Assembly: GCA_006226545.1 (NCBI GenBank)
Contig: SBGR01000026.1
Coordinates: forward strand, 201 to 64,200
From: Bacteroidota bacterium
GTDB lineage: Bacteria; Bacteroidota; Bacteroidia; UBA8524
DNA length: 64,000 nucleotides
Direction: 5' to 3'
The notes beneath the pieces are model-generated. The model was not told where the DNA came from, made no database searches, and saw nothing but the letters and a program-made list of their open reading frames with translations. This document shows positions 59,299 through 64,000 of the stretch, one piece after another; position 1 is the stretch's first letter, and every line of letters starts with the position of its first letter. Made by a program: the position numbers and the translations under genes.

Positions 59299-60006
59299 CT
59301 ACCCCATATTGGAAATCTTGCGGAGTTTGCCGGTATCCAGCAGTTTGATGCGTTTTCCCTTCAGCTCAATGAGGTGATCTTTATTGAATTCAGAGAGCAA
59401 TCGGATAACAGTTTCAGTAGCTGTTCCAACAATATTAGCGATGTCTTCACGCGGCAATACAATCTGAATCATAGACTCGTCTAAATTCGATTCAGTTTGA
59501 AAGTTATCATGCAATACCAGCAGTGTTTCGGCCAGTCTTTCCCTAACTGATTTATGTGCTAAGCTGGTAATCTTTTCATCGGCTATGCCCAATTCATGAC
59601 ACAGCGATTTCATCATTTCTTTGTTAATGATGGGATTTTCAGAAAGCACTTCCAAGAAAGGGTCTTTCGGAATAAAGCAAGCCACGCAATCTTCTACACA
59701 CTCGGCTGAGGCCACATAAGGCTCATCTGCAATCAGCGCTCGGTAACCTAAAAATTCACCCGATTTAGCGAAGCGGATGATTTGCTCTCGCCCATCGTAG
59801 CTGCTCTTTACAAGCTTCACTACTCCGTGGCTAATGCAATGTACGCCTAGGGCTAGGTTGTCTTCGTAGAAAATGATTTGTCCTTTTTTAAAGTGAACAC
59901 AAGACTTCACCTTGTTGATTCTCTCCACCTGATCCGGTGTACAATCCTTGAGGAAGGTGATACTCCTGGCGTCACAGCTAGCGCAGTCTATGTGTACTTT
60001 TTGCAT
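59299..60006 (-). CDS. Crp/Fnr-family transcriptional regulator with an N-terminal Cys cluster (FNR-type O2 sensor candidate)
   Basis: N-terminal C8/C11/C21/C36 (CASCDARS…C…C). cNMP-binding beta-roll. C-terminal HTH REDIANIVGTATETVIRLL. Confidence 0.75.
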   Translation of the reverse strand: MQKVHIDCASCDARSITFLKDCTPDQVERINKVKSCVHFKKGQIIFYEDNLALGVHCISHGVVKLVKSSYDGREQIIRFAKSGEFLGYRALIADEPYVASAECVEDCVACFIPKDPFLEVLSENPIINKEMMKSLCHELGIADEKITSLAHKSVRERLAETLLVLHDNFQTESNLDESMIQIVLPREDIANIVGTATETVIRLLSEFNKDHLIELKGKRIKLLDTGKLRKISNMG

Positions 60007-60267
60007 GGATTAAAAATAATGACAAAGGTCAATAAAATCAATCAATTCTTAGGATTTACCGGGAAGCAAATAAGATTTTTCTTAAAATAACTCAAAACAA
60101 CGGCTTCAAACTACAGAAGTGCTTGCCAATGTTGATTTTATACTCTAAAATTGCATCGGTTTCCTCATTCGGTCACGCACTTTTATCAAGGAGCAACGAA
60201 TTATCCCGAGACCGGCTTTCAAGATTTTAATCCAAAAAAGCATATTTAAGACTTTAATCCCGTATAG

Positions 60268-61962
60268 ATGTACGACATTCTTACCTTGAATGACATGCTC
60301 GTGTCCGAGCTTCGTGATTTAGCCGAGCAGCTCGCGCTAAAAGACTACAAAGACCTGAAAAAACAGGATCTCATTTACAAAATTTTAGAACATCAGGCAG
60401 TAACTACTCCGGCCCCTAAACCGGAGAAAAAACGTCAGCCTAAAGGCCGTTCAAAAGATTCAGCAGCAGAAAACAAAACTGAAGAAGTGAAGTCTGAACC
60501 GGAAGCCAAAGAAGAGGCTCCCAAAAAAGGCAGAAAACGTAAAACTGCAGAAGCTCCTGCTGAAGCAAAGGCAGAAGAGCCGGTAGCAGAAAAAGAGGCG
60601 CCTAAAGCGGAAGAAGAAAAAGAGGTATCTAGCGAAAGACCTGAACGTCGCGAACGCAGAGATCGTCGTTCGGATAGCCGCGAAGAGCGTGAGCCGCGCC
60701 AAGAACGCGAACCTCGTCAGGAGCGTGAGCCTCGTCAAGAACGTGAGCCGCGCCAAGAACGTGAACCACGTCAGGAGCGCGAAAACCGCAATGACCGTGG
60801 CGACAAAGACAAACGCAGCATTGAAGCCGCTTTAGCATACGCTGAGCTGGAAGGTGCTGTTACCAATATTGGAGTGCTTGAAATCATCCAAGACGGATAC
60901 GGATTCTTGCGTTCTTCCGATTACAATTACATGCCTTCACCGGATGATGTATACGTTTCTCCACAACAAATTAAGAGCTACGGCTTAAAGACTGGCGATA
61001 CCGTGCAGGGAACGATTCGCCCGCCTAAGGAGAATGAAAAGTACTTTGCGCTCATCAAAATTGAAAGCATAAACGGTAAAGACCCGGCTGAAGTGCGTGA
61101 CCGTGTTTCATTTGAACACTTAACACCGTTGTTCCCGGATGAGAAGTTTAACCTTTTCAATGGAGCAACAAACTACTCTACCCGCGTTATCGACTTGGTT
61201 TCCCCAATCGGTAAAGGTCAGCGTGGTTTGATCGTGGCTCAGCCTAAAACCGGTAAAACCACTTTATTGAAAGACGTAGCGAATGCCATCGCTGCTAACC
61301 ACCCTGAAGCCTACCTCATTATCCTTTTGGTAGATGAGCGTCCGGAGGAGGTTACCGATATGGCCCGTAACGTAAAAGCTGAAGTTATCGCTTCAACGTT
61401 TGATGAGCCGGCAGACAAACACGTGAAGCTCGCCAATATCGTTTTGGAGAAAGCAAAACGTATGACTGAGTGTGGACACGATGTAGTGATTCTATTGGAT
61501 TCCATCACCCGTTTGGCTCGTGCCTTCAATACCGTGCAACCGGCTTCAGGAAAAATCCTTTCCGGTGGTGTAGACGCTAACGCTTTGCATAAGCCAAAAC
61601 GTTTCTTCGGTGCCGCACGTAAGATTGAAAACGGTGGTTCATTAACCATTATCGCCACTGCTTTGATCGATACCGGATCTAAGATGGACGAGGTAATCTT
61701 TGAAGAATTTAAAGGTACCGGTAACATGGAATTGCAGTTAGACAGAAAGCTTTCCAACAAGCGTATCTACCCTGCTATCGATGTATTGGCTTCAAGCACA
61801 CGTCGTGAAGACTTGTTAATGGACAAAGCCATCCTTCAAAAAGTATGGGTATTGCGTAATCACCTTGCCGACATGAACAGCGAGGAAGCGATGAATACCT
61901 TGTTGAAATACATGGAAGGCACCCGCAGCCAGGAAGAGTTTATCGTAGCGATGAACGGATAA
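60268..61962 (+). CDS. rho: Transcription termination factor Rho with a ~150-aa low-complexity charged N-terminal insertion
   Basis: N-terminal [25 protein letters not shown]-binding CSD. Walker [13 protein letters not shown]-terminal …RREDLL…. 564 aa. Preceded by a 261-nt leader. Confidence 0.92.
   Translation: MYDILTLNDMLVSELRDLAEQLALKDYKDLKKQDLIYKILEHQAVTTPAPKPEKKRQPKGRSKDSAAENKTEEVKSEPEAKEEAPKKGRKRKTAEAPAEAKAEEPVAEKEAPKAEEEKEVSSERPERRERRDRRSDSREEREPRQEREPRQEREPRQEREPRQEREPRQERENRNDRGDKDKRSIEAALAYAELEGAVTNIGVLEIIQDGYGFLRSSDYNYMPSPDDVYVSPQQIKSYGLKTGDTVQGTIRPPKENEKYFALIKIESINGKDPAEVRDRVSFEHLTPLFPDEKFNLFNGATNYSTRVIDLVSPIGKGQRGLIVAQPKTGKTTLLKDVANAIAANHPEAYLIILLVDERPEEVTDMARNVKAEVIASTFDEPADKHVKLANIVLEKAKRMTECGHDVVILLDSITRLARAFNTVQPASGKILSGGVDANALHKPKRFFGAARKIENGGSLTIIATALIDTGSKMDEVIFEEFKGTGNMELQLDRKLSNKRIYPAIDVLASSTRREDLLMDKAILQKVWVLRNHLADMNSEEAMNTLLKYMEGTRSQEEFIVAMNG
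60685..60792 (+). repeat. Tandem 18-nt coding repeat: five perfect EREPRQ units and one degenerate ERENRN unit within the Rho N-terminal insertion
   Basis: gagcgtgagccgcgccaa / gaacgcgaacctcgtcag / … with synonymous variation. Produces artefactual ORFs on the opposite strand. Confidence 0.85.
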
Positions 61963-61984
61963 TCCGGCTCTATATTTTTAGCGA

Positions 61985-62020
61985 ATCCCGATCTGAATCA
62001 GGTCGGGATTTTTTATTTTT
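61985..62020 (+). terminator. Rho-independent terminator downstream of rho
   Basis: ATCCCGATCTG-aat-CAGGTCGGGAT (11-bp stem, one mismatch) followed by TTTTTATTTTT. Confidence 0.8.
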
Positions 62021-62025
62021 ATACC

Positions 62026-62961
62026 ATGAACCTGCGAATCCTTCTATCGCTTTCCATTTTTCTACCCAACATCTTGTTTTCACAAACAAGCTACTTCGCT
62101 AAAACAGGAACATTTTCAGCCCAAAGTTTTCAGAAAACACTTCTACAAGACTTTGCCGAATCACTTCTCGCTAAGGGAACAGAAGGCAGCATCAAACTAT
62201 ACGATTCTGCCAACCACCCCCTAGACCCGACAAAATACACAGAGACCTTCTGCGGTAAACAGGAAGCCCTGATTATAAATCCGGCAAACCCTGATGATCC
62301 TTACGATTTGGTCAGTGCCACGTATTATGAGTTCGTAGATCCACAAATTTGGAGCTCCATCACGGCCACGGCTTCCGGACTTTGGATTAGGCCTTTTGAA
62401 ACTAAATCCTATTTACTTAGAGAATCGGAATTGGCTATCGTTAAAAATGCCAAAATCATTCACCTAGCCTTATTAGCAGATACCAGCCACAGAAGCGTTA
62501 ACCTCAGCATGCAGAACTACTACAATTCCATAGTTCAAAAATTATACGTTGCACTGATGGAGCAGCGCATCAGCTACTCGCTTTGCGATACAACTTATTG
62601 GGAAAAATACGATGCAAGGCAACTCGTTGCCGTTCGTACAGTAAAACAAATTATCAATCCCGAAAACCCAAATGATCCCTACGACTTAATCGATACTGTT
62701 ATACTAAACCTTGATTCTGTTCCTGATTTTAAAAAACTCTTTTTCTATTCGGCCATTTCAGAAACGGATACCCGTTTAATCGGCCTGGGATTTCATACCA
62801 TGTACCTAACTCACTATTCATTTTGTCATGAAGTTCTACCTCCTATCTGGATACGACCGGATGAACTTCAAACAGTGCTGTCTGCAGAGGAAACCGAAGC
62901 CCTTAAATACTTGTACCTCTGGAGCCTAATTCGAGATAATACAGACAATGAATCTCATTAA
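62026..62961 (+). CDS. Hypothetical secreted protein, paralog A (two copies of an NP-x-DPYDL motif)
   Basis: Signal peptide MNLRILLSLSIFLPNILFSQ. Internal repeats IINPANPDDPYDLVSATYYEF and IINPENPNDPYDLIDTVILNL. Confidence 0.5.
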   Translation: MNLRILLSLSIFLPNILFSQTSYFAKTGTFSAQSFQKTLLQDFAESLLAKGTEGSIKLYDSANHPLDPTKYTETFCGKQEALIINPANPDDPYDLVSATYYEFVDPQIWSSITATASGLWIRPFETKSYLLRESELAIVKNAKIIHLALLADTSHRSVNLSMQNYYNSIVQKLYVALMEQRISYSLCDTTYWEKYDARQLVAVRTVKQIINPENPNDPYDLIDTVILNLDSVPDFKKLFFYSAISETDTRLIGLGFHTMYLTHYSFCHEVLPPIWIRPDELQTVLSAEETEALKYLYLWSLIRDNTDNESH

Positions 62962-63016
62962 GTACTTCCACGATCACAATTTCGTTATCTTACTGTTTAC
63001 TAAACACCTAAGCACC

Positions 63017-63964
63017 ATGAAAAAAATACTTTTACTCTGTATTGGCTTTGGGTTCCTAACTACGACTCAAGCATCTGAAGACAGCAAACTGCCGGTGTAT
63101 ACACTGGAAAAGGACGTTAAAAACGCCGGCCTCTACTACTACCAAAAATGCGCTAAAGAGCTAGATGCTCAGCTCATCGATGCAAAAATCAAAATCTACA
63201 GTGATGCCGAAATGAAAAAACAAGTATCGGCAACTGACTACAAGAAGCAGACTTTGATGCCCTATACCTATCAATTCATTGATCCGACAACGCCTTTAGA
63301 CCCTTACAATTTGGTTGATTCTGTGGTTTACTTGAACAAGGCCTTGGAACAAGCACTATACTGGAAATGGAATGAGAAATCAATTGAAGTTAAAATCAAT
63401 ACCCTTGATGGACTCAAAGTTTACTATTTAGCGGAGAAGTCTGCCTCCTCTGAAATCAACAACAAAGACGGACTAAATCTTCTCAAACTCTACAGTCAGT
63501 GGTACGGCGAAGTTACCATTGCTGTATTGAGCGATAAGTCGGTTGATTTTATGCAAAAAATGGGCAGCCGTTTCTATACACCCGGAAAAAATTGCTACGC
63601 CGATACAGACAAAAAAATCTCGGTTGACGCTAATGCGCTATGGGATACCAGCACCTATTATGCAGGTACTCCCAACGAAGTAGACGTAGTTCATCACCCG
63701 GCAACAGCACAGTCTATTAATGGATGGGTATTCCTGTATGAAAGCGAAACCGATAGCAAAGAAGGCGAAGTAGAATTTGAGCTCAACATGGTGGCTCCAA
63801 CCTTTGAAATCAGCAAATTCAATAAATACCATACTTGGTACTGGGAAGAATCGGCCGATACCCGCAAACGTTTTAACGACTTGGAATGGTCGGCTTTAAC
63901 CGCCATCCAGAGTTATAGCATTTACAAGAAGGTTTACAATTACTTCGATCATTCAAGCATGTAA
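63017..63964 (+). CDS. Hypothetical secreted protein, paralog B
   Basis: Signal peptide MKKILLLCIGFGFLTTTQA. FIDPTTPLDPYNLVDSVVYLN matches the paralog-A motif. Start chosen at 63017; the ORF track begins at 62948. Confidence 0.5.
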   Translation: MKKILLLCIGFGFLTTTQASEDSKLPVYTLEKDVKNAGLYYYQKCAKELDAQLIDAKIKIYSDAEMKKQVSATDYKKQTLMPYTYQFIDPTTPLDPYNLVDSVVYLNKALEQALYWKWNEKSIEVKINTLDGLKVYYLAEKSASSEINNKDGLNLLKLYSQWYGEVTIAVLSDKSVDFMQKMGSRFYTPGKNCYADTDKKISVDANALWDTSTYYAGTPNEVDVVHHPATAQSINGWVFLYESETDSKEGEVEFELNMVAPTFEISKFNKYHTWYWEESADTRKRFNDLEWSALTAIQSYSIYKKVYNYFDHSSM

Positions 63965-64000
63965 CGAAACCAGCATACTAGAAAAAGCGCCTTCGGGCGC

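Noticed and set aside
60460-60838. Minus-strand ORFs 60460-60756 and 60629-60838 opposite the rho repeat region
   Set aside because: They are artefacts of the GC-rich EREPRQ tandem repeat. The rho frame carries the conserved domains.

Overview
This looks like a chromosomal window from a gliding, T9SS-bearing member of the Bacteroidota (roughly 45-48% GC). The evidence is four proteins ending in T9SS C-terminal sorting domains, TAnnTTTG -7 promoter motifs, and a Rho with a long low-complexity N-terminal insert. Most of it is ordinary core genes (mnmE, waaA/kdtA, pdxJ, asnS, rpoN, rho, ppx, an ABC-F ATPase). Interspersed with these are: (i) a HipB-HipA-like toxin-antitoxin pair at the left edge, with hipB cut by the window; (ii) a three-gene carotenoid and oxidative-stress operon (DUF422, gpx, crtZ); (iii) a ~15 kb O-antigen/exopolysaccharide locus (10.4-25.2 kb) that includes a Wzz-like protein, a Wzx flippase, two O-antigen-ligase/Wzy-like proteins and an embedded nucleotidyltransferase-fold protein; (iv) a tightly overlapping, conserved but uncharacterised module: a divergent RDD gene, then SpoIIM-like, membrane protein, DUF4129, DUF4350-like, MoxR AAA+ and DUF58 genes (30.5-37.4 kb); (v) a secreted T9SS-tagged protein followed by two tandem di-heme cytochrome-c-peroxidase/MauG-like enzymes, which may be an MbnP/MbnH-type copper pair; (vi) paaB-paaC-paaD with no adjacent paaA; (vii) two large T9SS cargo genes (a PKD-rich protein and an S8 peptidase) separated by a structured 305-nt intergenic region; (viii) a divergent geranylgeranyl-reductase-like and UbiA prenyltransferase pair of the archaeal-lipid type; (ix) an fnr-like, hypothetical, ccoI, ccoS cluster, where ccoS is a 49-aa ORF below the ORF-track threshold. 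I found no CRISPR array, tRNA, rRNA, transposase or integrase. All calls rest on motifs read by eye and on gene context; I ran no database search.
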